From an uncultured Verrucomicrobiota bacterium (GTDB lineage: Bacteria > Verrucomicrobiota > Verrucomicrobiia > Limisphaerales > UBA9464), in the NCBI GenBank assembly GCA_903939515.1, contig CAJAHH010000123.1, forward strand, positions 29,106 through 93,105: DNA of 64,000 bases. Reading direction: 5' to 3'. Below are positions 29,848 through 40,053 of the stretch, in pieces. Position 1 is the stretch's first letter; every line of letters begins with the position of its first letter. The notes under the pieces were generated by a model that was not told where the DNA came from, ran no database searches, and saw nothing but the letters and a program-made list of their open reading frames with translations. A program made the position numbers and the translations under genes.

Positions 29848-30095
29848 AGAAAATCTCGCGGAGGCGCTTTTAAACCGGAATTCATCCCCATCAGAAGTCT
29901 GAAGCTTCGGGCTTGGTATTCCGGGTTCTGGGAACAGTTCCATGGAGCCAGACCTCACTCCCGATGGAATGGTGGGCAAATCAGGAACCTAGAGGCGCTT
30001 TGTCATTGGGGTTTCCAGTTTTTTAGTCGTTGCCGAATCCAGCATTCGGATCTGTCACTGCTGATGGAGCGCCATCCAAAACGGAGAAGGGGTCC

Positions 30096-30387
30096 GGGAA
30101 CGATTTCCGAATTGGGCCGGTGGAAACTTCCCGGCAATTTTGGAACGCACACGGTCAAGATTGTTCAGGAGAACAACACCAACCTGCCGGGCGCGACGGG
30201 CTCGGTGAATCCGACCGGTGCCAGCCACGGCACGTTGGTGTATTCCGCGTTGCCAGCACCGGTCACTCTGGAGACCAACAAGGCCTACTATCTGGTCAGT
30301 TCGGAAACCGCTGGTGGCGACCGGTGGCATGGCTGCACCTAGACCGTTACGGCCAGCGGCGGCCTGGGCGTGATATCGACTGCGTAG
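30096..30387 (+). pseudogene. Remnant of an extracellular beta-sandwich domain gene (includes copy B of the repeat)
   Basis: Translates as TISELGRWKLPGNFGTHTVKIV...LPAPVTLETNKAYYLVSSETAGGDRW..*TVTASGGLGVISTA*. No signal peptide or credible start, and in-frame TAG stops. It resembles, from memory, a domain of large verrucomicrobial secreted proteins. Confidence 0.6.
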
Positions 30388-30458
30388 ATCGGTTCAGGCG
30401 GCCCGCGCAAACCGCTAGGGGGGAGGCCGTTTCAGCTACTGCTCGCCGCATTACGGCC

Positions 30459-31328
30459 TCAATTCAATCGCTGGGTGGTCTTGCTCCAGAGCCACTCGAC
30501 GTCGCGGTTGTTGGCCTGGTTCGGGGGGCTGAAGCCGGTGCGTTTGACGGGTTGAACCGTCCGCTTGTCGAGCCAGCGCTTGATTTCGGAGTGGCCGTCG
30601 GCGAAAGCGAAACCGCAGGCTCCGTTGTGGTAGCTGGCCGGCAGGTCAGGCATGACCGCCTGCGCGAGATTCGGGGCTGGCTTCATGTCGGTGCAGAAGA
30701 ACCCGTCGTTGATGCTGTCGGGATGCTCATCAACAAAGACCCAGGTGTCGGAGGGCTGCACGAAGTCGGAGTCCTTCAGGAACATGCGCCAGGGAGGGCT
30801 GTTGCCGAACCACGTGGGTTGTCCGTCGTGCATGCCGACCCACGAGTTGATCGAGTTGCTGCGGAGGCGGGGTTTGCCGTTGGCACCCAGCGTCAAGAAG
30901 GTGTCGGCGGGGCACTTGTAAATTTTCTGGGTGCCGCCCGTGTAGCGCCAGATCGAGCCCTTGGCCAAGGTGTTGGTGACGTCCCAGTTGTCGCGGTTGG
31001 CGGTGTTCCAATCGAGATTGCCGTAGGCCCAGGAGTTGAAGTTGGGGTTGCTCGAGTAGGCCGGCGGGATCTTCCCGTTTTGGTCATCCACGTAGAGCTT
31101 CCACGACATCATTAACTGCTTGGTGTTGTTGAGGCACAGGATGCCGTTGCCCTTGGCTTTGGCCTTGGCCAGCGCCGGCAGAAGCATGCCCGCCAAGATG
31201 GCGATGATGGCGATGACCACCAGTAGTTCGATGAGCGTGAAGCCATCCTGAGCGCGTCGCTGCGGCTGTGGTGCGGAGAGAGAGAGGCGGATGGGAACCT
31301 CGGACGAGGGCTGGGCTTTCGGTGTCAT
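30459..31328 (-). CDS. Prepilin-type N-terminal cleavage/methylation protein with H-X9-DG motif (DUF1559-like)
   Basis: [57 protein letters not shown]. Confidence 0.92.
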   Translation of the reverse strand: MTPKAQPSSEVPIRLSLSAPQPQRRAQDGFTLIELLVVIAIIAILAGMLLPALAKAKAKGNGILCLNNTKQLMMSWKLYVDDQNGKIPPAYSSNPNFNSWAYGNLDWNTANRDNWDVTNTLAKGSIWRYTGGTQKIYKCPADTFLTLGANGKPRLRSNSINSWVGMHDGQPTWFGNSPPWRMFLKDSDFVQPSDTWVFVDEHPDSINDGFFCTDMKPAPNLAQAVMPDLPASYHNGACGFAFADGHSEIKRWLDKRTVQPVKRTGFSPPNQANNRDVEWLWSKTTQRLN

Positions 31329-31558
31329 GGCGTCTGATCTCCGATCAAAATCCCGAAAGCAGCTGTCGGGGGATAACGAGAACTACCCGGGATTGATCCT
31401 GAAAATGGCGACGAGTTCTTGGTTTGGTCAAGGCCTTTTCATCGCACCGTCTGAGTGCTTTTGTCCTCGGATTGGAGGCCTGCTCTACCGCAGAAGCAAA
31501 TGATTGGGGTGGGGGATTGGTTTGGACAGGAGTAACTCAGGATCGGAGGCTGGTTCTC

Positions 31559-33049
31559 ATGCCCCCGAAACATGTTCCGCAAGCCCTCGTTCATCGAGCG
31601 TTCCTGGAGGCTCCCTCTCAGGCTTTCGTGACAGTATTGGTGACGGCCTTGGCTGGAGGAATGGGTTGGGGAATCCGCGGGCAGTATGGCCATGAGACCG
31701 GGGCGATGATGGCCGGTCTGCTGGTCGCGCTGGTTCTCGCATTGCGTTTGGCACCTCACCTGCCGCCGTTGGCATCCGCACGGGCAGTGGCTCTGGCGAC
31801 CGTGGCCATGGGTTTCGGCGGAACAGAGACCTACGGCCAGACCATCGGGCTGACTCAAGACGCTCCTCTGATCGGCAACGCGGCGGCGCTTGGCTGGGGT
31901 ATGTTGGGACTGGCCATCAAAGGGGGAATCTGGATCGGGTTCTTCGGATTATTTTTGGGAATGGGTCTGGGCGGAATCCGATATCGGGTTCGGGAGATGC
32001 TGTTTTTGCTGCTGGCCCTCATTGCCGTTCAGCGGGTTGGAGTGGGGTGGATCAATGAGCCCTTTGATCCAGCCCATCGGATCCTACCGCGAATCTATTT
32101 CTCCGATGACTGGCGGTGGGAGCCGGATTCGGTTCTCAAACCGCGTCGTGAGGTTTGGGGAGGTCTGCTCCTAGCCCTTGCAGTCGCCGGGGCCTGGTGC
32201 GGTGTGTGCCGGCGGGATGTTCTGGCCGTGCGCATGATGCTTTGGGGGTTCTTCGGCGGGGCCCTGGGTTTTCCTCTGGGACAATCGTTGCAGGCGGCGC
32301 ACGCGTGGCATCCGGAGGGGTTTCAGGGCGGCCACTGGACTCGGTTGGCGCCCCACATGAACTGGTGGAATTGGATGGAGACTACCTTTGGTTGCACCAT
32401 GGCCGCGGTTGTTGCCGTGGGCTTGAATCGGAACCGCAAGCTCATCGCCCACACCGTCGATCCAGAGAAGGGGTGGACACTGCCGGTTGAATTCGCGGTT
32501 TTGACCCTCCATCTGGGACTCCTCGTGGCTTCGGAGTGGGGACCATTTCCACGCATCCAGGCGATTTACGATCCCGGTTTGCACCTGGGCCTGATTCCTC
32601 TGATGGCCGTGGTCGTGGGGCGTCGGTGGCCGGCGTGGCTCATCACCGTGGTGACCGTGGTGCCGATCGCGGGGAAGACTTTTTTAATCCGGGGCATCGA
32701 GAACCCCGTGGCGATCGGATGGGCGGGTACCGTCGGGACTCTCTGGATCTTGGGTGTCCTGTTGCTGGGATTGCCATTGGTTTGGGCGAGTCTCTCCGCG
32801 GCTTGGTGGATCGCAGATCAGGATCGGGAACCGGACAGTGGCCGGTCGCTGCGTCGAACCTTGCTCGGCTCGGCTTGGGTCTACTTCGCCTTGAACTTCG
32901 TTTTTTTTGACTTTCCATGGCCGTGGCAACCTTGGACGGCAAGAACTCCCAACGCGCTCTTCTTTATGCTGGCCTTGTTCGCGCTTACAGCAGTGGCGCT
33001 CGCCAGTCCCCCGGCGCGACCCGGGAGGCTTCGGGTGTCTTCTCAGTAA
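31559..33049 (+). CDS. Hypothetical polytopic membrane protein
   Basis: About 496 aa with 12 or more TM segments; [27 protein letters not shown]. Start uncertain (ORF open from 31424). Confidence 0.75.
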   Translation: MPPKHVPQALVHRAFLEAPSQAFVTVLVTALAGGMGWGIRGQYGHETGAMMAGLLVALVLALRLAPHLPPLASARAVALATVAMGFGGTETYGQTIGLTQDAPLIGNAAALGWGMLGLAIKGGIWIGFFGLFLGMGLGGIRYRVREMLFLLLALIAVQRVGVGWINEPFDPAHRILPRIYFSDDWRWEPDSVLKPRREVWGGLLLALAVAGAWCGVCRRDVLAVRMMLWGFFGGALGFPLGQSLQAAHAWHPEGFQGGHWTRLAPHMNWWNWMETTFGCTMAAVVAVGLNRNRKLIAHTVDPEKGWTLPVEFAVLTLHLGLLVASEWGPFPRIQAIYDPGLHLGLIPLMAVVVGRRWPAWLITVVTVVPIAGKTFLIRGIENPVAIGWAGTVGTLWILGVLLLGLPLVWASLSAAWWIADQDREPDSGRSLRRTLLGSAWVYFALNFVFFDFPWPWQPWTARTPNALFFMLALFALTAVALASPPARPGRLRVSSQ

Positions 33050-33879
33050 AAACTCGTCCAGTTGCCGTAGTGTCGCCAGACGATGGCGCTGGCTCGGGCG
33101 AGGTCGGCGTGACCGTCGGCAAAGGCGCGGCTAATGGAGGCGGCCCGGCCGCCCTGGATTTGGAAACCGGAGTCGGCCTTCATCGTCGGATGCCCGCCCC
33201 AAGCCTTTTGAAGATTGGTCTCGAAGCCGTCTTTGTAGAGCGTGTCGGTGATGATGGGGCTGGTGGATGCGCCGGCGTCTTCCAGTCGCGTGGGCCATCC
33301 TTCGACCATCGAATTGGTGTTCACCCGCGTGGTGGAGGGCATGACTTTGTACCCCGGTTGTCCGGAACGAGGCACCCACCAACTGTGCTGCATGATGGCG
33401 AAGCCAAAGGTCCAGCGCTGGTTGTAGTAATATTTCAGATCGTCGTTGCTCGCGAGGGTTCGCTTGCGTTGCTGCTGGAGCCACTGTTGCGCCTCGGTTA
33501 ATTCGGCGGTTCGGACCGGGCAGAAGAACATTGGCACGGTGAGTCCGTATTTTTGGACTGCCGGGATCATCGCATCAGCCACGTCCCAAGGGTTGTTGCC
33601 AACGTCGCCCAGCATGGGCAATCGACCGCGGGCGTCATCCGAGGCGTACAGGTTGGAGGCGATGGCCCATTGCCGGAAATGCGACAGGCAATTGATCTCC
33701 TTGGCCTTGAGTTTTGCTTTGGCGAGTGCCGGCAAGAGCATGCCCGCCAAGATGGCGATGATGGCGATGACCACCAGCAGTTCGATCAGGGTGAAGGCGG
33801 AACGGGACGAGGCGAGGGAACACGGAAAGACCTGATCACGATGCGAATCTCCTGAGGCTAAAGGGAGACGGGAATTCAT
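33043..33879 (-). CDS. Prepilin-type N-terminal cleavage/methylation protein
   Basis: [36 protein letters not shown]-terminal AFADGH. Confidence 0.9.
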   Translation of the reverse strand: MNSRLPLASGDSHRDQVFPCSLASSRSAFTLIELLVVIAIIAILAGMLLPALAKAKLKAKEINCLSHFRQWAIASNLYASDDARGRLPMLGDVGNNPWDVADAMIPAVQKYGLTVPMFFCPVRTAELTEAQQWLQQQRKRTLASNDDLKYYYNQRWTFGFAIMQHSWWVPRSGQPGYKVMPSTTRVNTNSMVEGWPTRLEDAGASTSPIITDTLYKDGFETNLQKAWGGHPTMKADSGFQIQGGRAASISRAFADGHADLARASAIVWRHYGNWTSFY

Positions 33880-33930
33880 AACCTAATAAAGTAGGGTTCA
33901 GATTGTCGCTGGCCATTCCCAAATTCATTA

Positions 33931-34305
33931 ATGAAGACTGGCCGGGTTGTGAATGGCTGGATGTACGCGCTGAGTCTGATAGGATTTCTAATCCTGCCCC
34001 CGGTTTTGTTGGGGCTCCGCTGGTTTCAGCCTGCCCGCTTTCCGTGGCGCAGGGTGCTCTTGCTGAATACCCTGGTGGGTTGGGCGCTGTTCAATGGTTT
34101 GGTGCACTTTCGGGCGGCGCGGTGGGCTGAATCGTTGCGCGAGAATTCCTCGCCGCCATCCATAGAGTTTGGCCAAGCGTGGATGGATAGGCAGCCCCAG
34201 CGGATGGCCCTCTACCTGGGTTGGGTCAACGCGCTGGCCTGTTCTTGTCCGTGGCTGATGGCCTACGGATCCTGGCAGTTGCACCGAAAGCGTCCGACAG
34301 CCTAA
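33931..34305 (+). CDS. Small hypothetical membrane protein
   Basis: 124 aa with three hydrophobic segments; fills the gap between the prepilin and SNF2 genes. Confidence 0.55.
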   Translation: MKTGRVVNGWMYALSLIGFLILPPVLLGLRWFQPARFPWRRVLLLNTLVGWALFNGLVHFRAARWAESLRENSSPPSIEFGQAWMDRQPQRMALYLGWVNALACSCPWLMAYGSWQLHRKRPTA

Positions 34306-34339
34306 TTCGACCCTGGGCCAAGAACTGCCTCGTTACGGC

Positions 34340-37300
34340 TTAGTCGAGCAGTTCGCGAATCTCGTCCCAGCTGAGGGTTTCGGCGAAGGCCTCTTCACCG
34401 GTGAGTGTGGAGGCGATGATCTCCCGCTTGCGTTGCTGCAGGCTGACAATCTTCTCCTCGACCGTGCCGCGGGTGATGAGCTTGTAGCTGCTCACCACGC
34501 GAGATTGACCGAAGCGATGAGCTCGGTCGGTGGCTTGGTCTTCGACGGCCGGATTCCACCACGGATCGAAGTGCACCACGGTGTCGGCTTGCGTGAGGTT
34601 GAGGCCCACGCCGCCCGCCTTGAGCGAAATAAGGAACACCGGAGGGCCTGACGGTGACTGGAATTTCGCGACTTCGCCGGCGCGGTCTTGGGTCGAACCA
34701 TCCAAGTAGCAGAACTCGACCTCGCGCCGCTTCAGCTCTTCCTTCAGCAAACCGAGCATTCGCGTGAACTGGCTGAACACGAGGAGCCGGTGCCCACCGT
34801 CGAGGCTCTGGTCGAGCAGTTCACCGAAAAGTTGTAGTTTGCCCGAATCGTCGGATGCGGACTCAGTATCGGGGGCCGCATTGTTGTCCTTGTCGGCATC
34901 CAAAAGTCGAAGGTCGCAGCAAATCTGCCGCAGGCGCAGCAGCGCCGTGAGGATCACCATCCGGCTCTTAGCCAGTCCGTTGGCCTCGACGGCCGTGTCG
35001 ACCTGCTTGCGGGTCGCGGCCAAGACCTGCGCATACACCTTGGACTGGGCCGGTGTGAGATCGCAGTAGGAGACGTGCTCAAGCTTGGCGGGCAGTTCTT
35101 GTAGCACGTCTTTTTTGAGGCGGCGCAGCAGGAACGGCCGGATGCGCTTGCCGAGTCGGGCTATCGCGCCCTTGTCCCGCTCCTTGGAGATGGGGATTTC
35201 GTAACGGTCTTGGAAATCATCGGAGCTGCCCAGGTAGCCGGGCATGAGGAAGTCGAAGAGGCTCCAGAGATCGAGGACTGAGTTCTCCAGCGGGGTGCCC
35301 GTCAGCACCAGTCGGTGGTCCGCCGGGATGGCCTTCACGGCCTTGGCGTTTTGCGTACTGCGGTTCTTGATGTGTTGCGCTTCGTCGAGCACCGCCGTGT
35401 CGAAGGCGTGATCCCGGTGTTGCTCGATATCGCGCCGAAGCAGCGCGTAGCTGGTGATGACCAAATCGTGAGTGGGGATTTGCGCAAAGAGCTTGTGGCG
35501 TTGTGGCCCGGACAGCACGAGCACCCGGAGCTTGGGAGCAAAGCGCGCGGCCTCAGCGGCCCAGTTGGTGACCAGCGAGGTGGGGCAGACAATCAGGGTG
35601 GGGCGAAGGGGTTGGGCGCCCGCCGCTGCATTGAGTGAGGCGCAATGGGCCAAGACTTGAATGGTTTTACCCAGACCCATTTCGTCGGCCAGAATGCCCC
35701 CGAAGCCGTGGTCGCGCAGGAACCGTAGCCAGGCGACGCCCTGTTTTTGGTACGGGCGCAAGACCGACTCCAGCGCACCCAGCGGTGGGCACTGTTGCAT
35801 CGCCATTCCGGTTTGCTGGGCGACGCGTTCTCGCCAAGCCGCGGGTGCTTGGACCGCGTGACCTTGTTCTCGCAGTGAGGCGTCCAGAAATCCTGCCTGC
35901 GCCGTCCCCATTCGGTACCGTCCGTCTCGTTGGTCGGGCGAACAATCGAGCAGCACCTCTTGCAATTCCTCCACCGCACCGGTGTCGATGAGGATGGTTT
36001 TTCCGGAGCGGGATTTGCCCTGCCCCCCGCCGAGCACCAATCGTTGAATGTCGGCGGCGCTGAAACGCTCGCCGTCTTCGGCCACGTAAGAGACTTCAAG
36101 GTCGAACCAGCGTTCTCCCGCGGGCGTGATTTGAAACCGGGGCTCCACGCGCACCAAGTTCTTGCGGGTACTCGTCTCGAGGCGCTCCTCCAGCGACACC
36201 TCCCACTCGCGTTCCAACCTTGGATGAAGGCGCGAGAAGTAGGTCAGCACGCGTTCTTGTCCGTTGAGCTGCCAGCGGCCCTGCGAATCGGGGCCCGAGA
36301 ATCCGGCCTGCCGCAGGCGCATGAAGGCCGTGTGTTCGGCGGACAAGTCCCGGGCCGTGTAGCGTCGCGCGTTGGCGGGGTCAGGCATCCAGGCGGCCTC
36401 CTCGCGCGCGGTGACGCCGACGGTCATGATGCGCGCGCCGTAGCGGCATTGCAGCAGGGCCGTCAGCATGGCCAGTCCACCGGTCAACTGGAGCAGGAAC
36501 TTCGGAGGGGCTGGTTCGAGCACGAAGTCTTCGGGGCTGAAATCGGCCTCAAGGCCCGGCGTTCCGGAAAGCTTGGGCCAGTCTTGGGAGAGAAAGCGGG
36601 GAACGTCCGATCGAGGTACCCGTTGGGGCGACTGCAGCACGCCTCGCAGGGCTGGAGACAAGCCCAGGGGCTGGAGCGTATTGGCGGTTAGTAGCCAGGT
36701 TTCATCGGGGCTGCTCACCAGTGCCGCTCCTTTGACTGGAGTCTTTAGGCTCAGGCTAATCTCGCCGGACACTTCGAGGTGTGCACTCAGGGGCAAGGGC
36801 GCAGGCACCCGTGAGACCGTCAACTCGGTCTTGCGTCCGAGGGTGAGTTGGGCGTGACCGGACAAAGAATGCAGCAGCGGCACGAGGGCAGATCCGCTGA
36901 GCTGGATCATGCCCGGAGTATCCCCGCCGGCAGCCAATTCGGCCGCGTCGAGCAGGCGCGTGTCGGCCTCCGACAATCGGAAGGGCCCGGACTGGATGAG
37001 CGCATTGAGCGGGGCGCGGCTGTTGGCGGTGACTCCCTCAAACATCACCATCACGCGATCCCGGATCATCGCTTCGGCCAGGTTGGGCGGGAAGACGACC
37101 TGGATTTCCAGCGGTTTGCCGGTCTCGGATCGACGCAGGCGGACGGGGTCTTTGTTGGAAAGCGGGGTCTTGGATCCGGGTCCGGAGGATCGACCGGCGT
37201 TGGACGGACTTCCTGAAGCGGTCCCGGAGGACGAGCCGGAACCGCTAGCAGCCGCGGCTGGCACGGCTCCAGCCGGCTTCAAGTGGTGCAGGCCGACGGC

Positions 37301-37555
37301 GATCGAATGGGCGCACAACGTTCCCCATTCCCGCGATTGCCGGCACGAGCAGATGTTCTCGATGTCCAGCTCGTGCCGGATGACTAGCCCAGCCCGCAGC
37401 GAGTTGGCATCAGACATGACCACCCCTTTCAGCAGGGGCGGTGTCCAATTCGAGGACAGCACCTTGCCCGTGGCGAGCAAAGCCCGGGCGTGTTTCATCA
37501 CTTCCCAGCCCGCGGCCTTGGCGAAGAATGCTTCGGTCAGTTGCAAGGTGGACAC
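34340..37555 (-). CDS. SWIM zinc finger / SNF2 family helicase
   Basis: SWIM motif CSC..CAH; LRPYQ; LADEMGLGKT; LDEAQHIKN; LTGTPLEN; SLKAGGVGLNL; DPWWNPAVEDQATDRAHRFGQ. Confidence 0.95.
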   Translation of the reverse strand: MSTLQLTEAFFAKAAGWEVMKHARALLATGKVLSSNWTPPLLKGVVMSDANSLRAGLVIRHELDIENICSCRQSREWGTLCAHSIAVGLHHLKPAGAVPAAAASGSGSSSGTASGSPSNAGRSSGPGSKTPLSNKDPVRLRRSETGKPLEIQVVFPPNLAEAMIRDRVMVMFEGVTANSRAPLNALIQSGPFRLSEADTRLLDAAELAAGGDTPGMIQLSGSALVPLLHSLSGHAQLTLGRKTELTVSRVPAPLPLSAHLEVSGEISLSLKTPVKGAALVSSPDETWLLTANTLQPLGLSPALRGVLQSPQRVPRSDVPRFLSQDWPKLSGTPGLEADFSPEDFVLEPAPPKFLLQLTGGLAMLTALLQCRYGARIMTVGVTAREEAAWMPDPANARRYTARDLSAEHTAFMRLRQAGFSGPDSQGRWQLNGQERVLTYFSRLHPRLEREWEVSLEERLETSTRKNLVRVEPRFQITPAGERWFDLEVSYVAEDGERFSAADIQRLVLGGGQGKSRSGKTILIDTGAVEELQEVLLDCSPDQRDGRYRMGTAQAGFLDASLREQGHAVQAPAAWRERVAQQTGMAMQQCPPLGALESVLRPYQKQGVAWLRFLRDHGFGGILADEMGLGKTIQVLAHCASLNAAAGAQPLRPTLIVCPTSLVTNWAAEAARFAPKLRVLVLSGPQRHKLFAQIPTHDLVITSYALLRRDIEQHRDHAFDTAVLDEAQHIKNRSTQNAKAVKAIPADHRLVLTGTPLENSVLDLWSLFDFLMPGYLGSSDDFQDRYEIPISKERDKGAIARLGKRIRPFLLRRLKKDVLQELPAKLEHVSYCDLTPAQSKVYAQVLAATRKQVDTAVEANGLAKSRMVILTALLRLRQICCDLRLLDADKDNNAAPDTESASDDSGKLQLFGELLDQSLDGGHRLLVFSQFTRMLGLLKEELKRREVEFCYLDGSTQDRAGEVAKFQSPSGPPVFLISLKAGGVGLNLTQADTVVHFDPWWNPAVEDQATDRAHRFGQSRVVSSYKLITRGTVEEKIVSLQQRKREIIASTLTGEEAFAETLSWDEIRELLD

Positions 37556-37579
37556 GAGGCTAAGAAAACGGATTCAAGT

Positions 37580-38356
37580 TCAGAACCCGAGACGAATCAG
37601 CCCTTCCAGGGTCCCGTTCCCGGCGGTCGTGCTGGCGATCCAACCGCCTTCCGCCCGGACCTGCAGTTGCACGGCAGCCAGTGCATTGGAGGGCGAAATT
37701 AAATGATGGGCATGTTCGCGGCGCAGCATGGGCAGGTCGTTGAGATGATCGCCGGCAGCCACCCGTGCCTCGGGTCCGATGCCCAGGATGCGGCCCAGTT
37801 CGGACAGGGCGGTGCCCTTGCTGTAGCCCCGGTGGCTCAGGCGTATGTAGATGTCGTTGCGCACGGCGACCAGGTCGGGGTGACCTTCACAGAAGATGTC
37901 CAACTCGGCGTGAATTTCATCCATTTGCTGGTTGGACTGAGCGATGGCGCACAGGGGTGAAAAGGCGTCACTGTAAAAGGTGGCTCCGTGGCGTGCCGAA
38001 AGGGATTGGATTTGCTGTTCCATTTCCGTCGCCACCGACTGGAACAAGCGAGCGTGGTCTTCGGTGCAGCGGCTGTTCCACGGCTCCACCGGCAAGAATC
38101 GGTCGTGCTTGCGCTCAAAAATTTCGCGCTCAACGAGTATCAGGTAATCGGGCTGCACTGAAACCCGGGCTCGGCCCAGGGTTTCCATCAGGCTGGCCAT
38201 GTCGCGCCCCGTGTTGATGACCCAGTGACCGCCGCGGGCTTGGAAAGCGGCGATGCGTTCCTGCAATGCGTGCGGGATTTTTGGATCACCGAAATCGTCG
38301 TGGATGGTGCCGTCGAAGTCGGTCGACAGCATCCGGAGGGAGGCACCAAGGCTCAT
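37580..38356 (-). CDS. HAD-superfamily hydrolase (subfamily IIB, Cof-like)
   Basis: STDFDGT, INTGR, SKGTAL, AGDHLNDLPML. Confidence 0.88.
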   Translation of the reverse strand: MSLGASLRMLSTDFDGTIHDDFGDPKIPHALQERIAAFQARGGHWVINTGRDMASLMETLGRARVSVQPDYLILVEREIFERKHDRFLPVEPWNSRCTEDHARLFQSVATEMEQQIQSLSARHGATFYSDAFSPLCAIAQSNQQMDEIHAELDIFCEGHPDLVAVRNDIYIRLSHRGYSKGTALSELGRILGIGPEARVAAGDHLNDLPMLRREHAHHLISPSNALAAVQLQVRAEGGWIASTTAGNGTLEGLIRLGF

Positions 38357-38597
38357 GCGTGGGTTAAGACTGGAGTTGCCAATGCCATCGGGCAAGGGCT
38401 GGTCCACACAATGGCGGGGAAGGAGGGGACCCAGATCTCGAAGCGCTCGCCTCGGGTTTTGGTCCATCGTCAGGCACTGCATCGAAAGGACAACGGGAAG
38501 AGAGTTGCCAGGAAGGAACCAAGCCGGAGGTCGAAGTTTCGGGGTCCGCTGTTGTGATCAACCCTCAGGAAGGTTACCAGTGAGTGCGCTCTAATTT

Positions 38598-39062
38598 ATG
38601 TCCAGCCACCAGGATCAGTTTGACGATGCTATGTTCGACTACTCGACCGGCGAGTACGCGGTCGCCATTTCGAAATTGCAGGCAATCCTTGCAGAGGATC
38701 CCGACCACTTTGATGCGCGCCTGGGTTTGGCCATGAGTCATTACCGCTTGGGCGATTACCCGACGGCCATTGCCGAAGGGCATCGTGCCGAGAAGCTCAA
38801 GCCCAACGAGCAGTTGGTGCATACCAATTTGTCGCTCTTCTACATGAAGTCGGGCGACAAGCAGACGGCCGAGAAGCACGGATTGCAGGCTCGTATTGCA
38901 TCATGGAAAGGCAACATGGCCGCTCCGGGAACTGAACCTGCCCCGGAAGAAGACGCCGACCTCCGCATGGCTCAACCTAAGGCCCAAGCCTTCAAGCTGC
39001 CCGAGAAGTTCCCCGACATGCCCTGGAAGAAAAACACCCGCCCGGGCGGTGACCAGCACTGA
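38598..39062 (+). CDS. Tetratricopeptide repeat protein
   Basis: TPR-like helices (DPDHFDARLGLAMSHYRLGDY, PNEQLVHTNLSLFYMKSG) and a low-complexity C-terminal tail. Confidence 0.8.
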   Translation: MSSHQDQFDDAMFDYSTGEYAVAISKLQAILAEDPDHFDARLGLAMSHYRLGDYPTAIAEGHRAEKLKPNEQLVHTNLSLFYMKSGDKQTAEKHGLQARIASWKGNMAAPGTEPAPEEDADLRMAQPKAQAFKLPEKFPDMPWKKNTRPGGDQH

Positions 39063-39144
39063 ACCAGTCCGAGCCGAGGGGGCGGGTTGACAATACCAAG
39101 GGTGAGGTTCTTGCTGAGGTTATTCCCCGAAGCTCAACTATCCC

Positions 39145-39942
39145 ATGCCTGTGATACGTCCAAACCTCCCGTGTCGGAATGCGTTCACGTTGATCGAGTT
39201 ATTGGTCGTGATCGCGATCATCGCTATTTTAGCGGGCATGCTCCTGCCGGCTCTGGCCAAGGCCAAGTATCGGGGCAGCCGGATCGTCTGTGTGAACAAC
39301 ATCCGCAGCCAGTATCTCCCGCAAATCCTCTACGCCGACGACAACCGCGGGAAGTTTCAGCAGCATGACGACGGGAGCCCGGACTACCACCGCACCAGCG
39401 GTCGAAAAGACAGCATCGTCGATTCGTTGAAGGGCAAGTACTTGCAGGAGACCCGAGTCCTGATCTGCCCCGTCACGGCCAAGACCTTTGGCAAGCTGTG
39501 GCTCAACTACGCGAGCATGACCAACTTCGCCGACGCCTCCACCAAGGACTACGGCGGGTGGGATACCTCTGCGTCGATGGTGTATACGCCCTACATGTGG
39601 TTCGCGAACTTCCCGGGTATGAAGTTTCAGTCGATCAGCGGTAGCAAGGATCCCGCGGCGGCCGATATCGAGCCGGCCTGGCCCACGAAGTCTGATGAAT
39701 GTGATTCCTCGAGGGCCTTCATTACCCACCGTGTGAGCGATTCTCCGGGTTCCGTCACCTGGGATGTCGGTCACCTCGGCCGCTTCAACGCCCCCAAGGT
39801 GAGTCGGCTCTTCCTGGAGTTTTCGCTGACCCCGGATCAGCCGGTCGGTCAGGCCGATGGTAGCGTGATCGTTCGACCGAAGACGCAAATCAAGGGCCGT
39901 GCGGTCGGGGGTCCGGGCGGCAATACGGTTTTCTGGTACTAG
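39145..39942 (+). CDS. Prepilin-type N-terminal cleavage/methylation protein
   Basis: [45 protein letters not shown]. Confidence 0.9.
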   Translation: MPVIRPNLPCRNAFTLIELLVVIAIIAILAGMLLPALAKAKYRGSRIVCVNNIRSQYLPQILYADDNRGKFQQHDDGSPDYHRTSGRKDSIVDSLKGKYLQETRVLICPVTAKTFGKLWLNYASMTNFADASTKDYGGWDTSASMVYTPYMWFANFPGMKFQSISGSKDPAAADIEPAWPTKSDECDSSRAFITHRVSDSPGSVTWDVGHLGRFNAPKVSRLFLEFSLTPDQPVGQADGSVIVRPKTQIKGRAVGGPGGNTVFWY

Positions 39943-40053
39943 GCCGATGGTTTAGCCTCGCAAAGAAGGGTGACGCATCCATCGGGCGTCCAGAGGGCGT
40001 CCCCGTCTGGGTCCTTGGCGGCGGTCAGGCATCGCGCCATATTCCCGCCTCTC

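Noticed and set aside
30030..31115. 361-aa plus-strand ORF
   Set aside because: Mostly the antisense shadow of the prepilin gene; the protein-like fragment is in a different frame.
34300..34340. Possible integron attC site after the small ORF
   Set aside because: No proper RYYYAAC/GTTRRRY pair or internal L boxes, and no integron integrase.
34340..37555. SNF2 helicase as part of a defence system (DISARM/Zorya-like)
   Set aside because: It is the widespread stand-alone SWIM-SNF2 type with no methylase or nuclease partners nearby.
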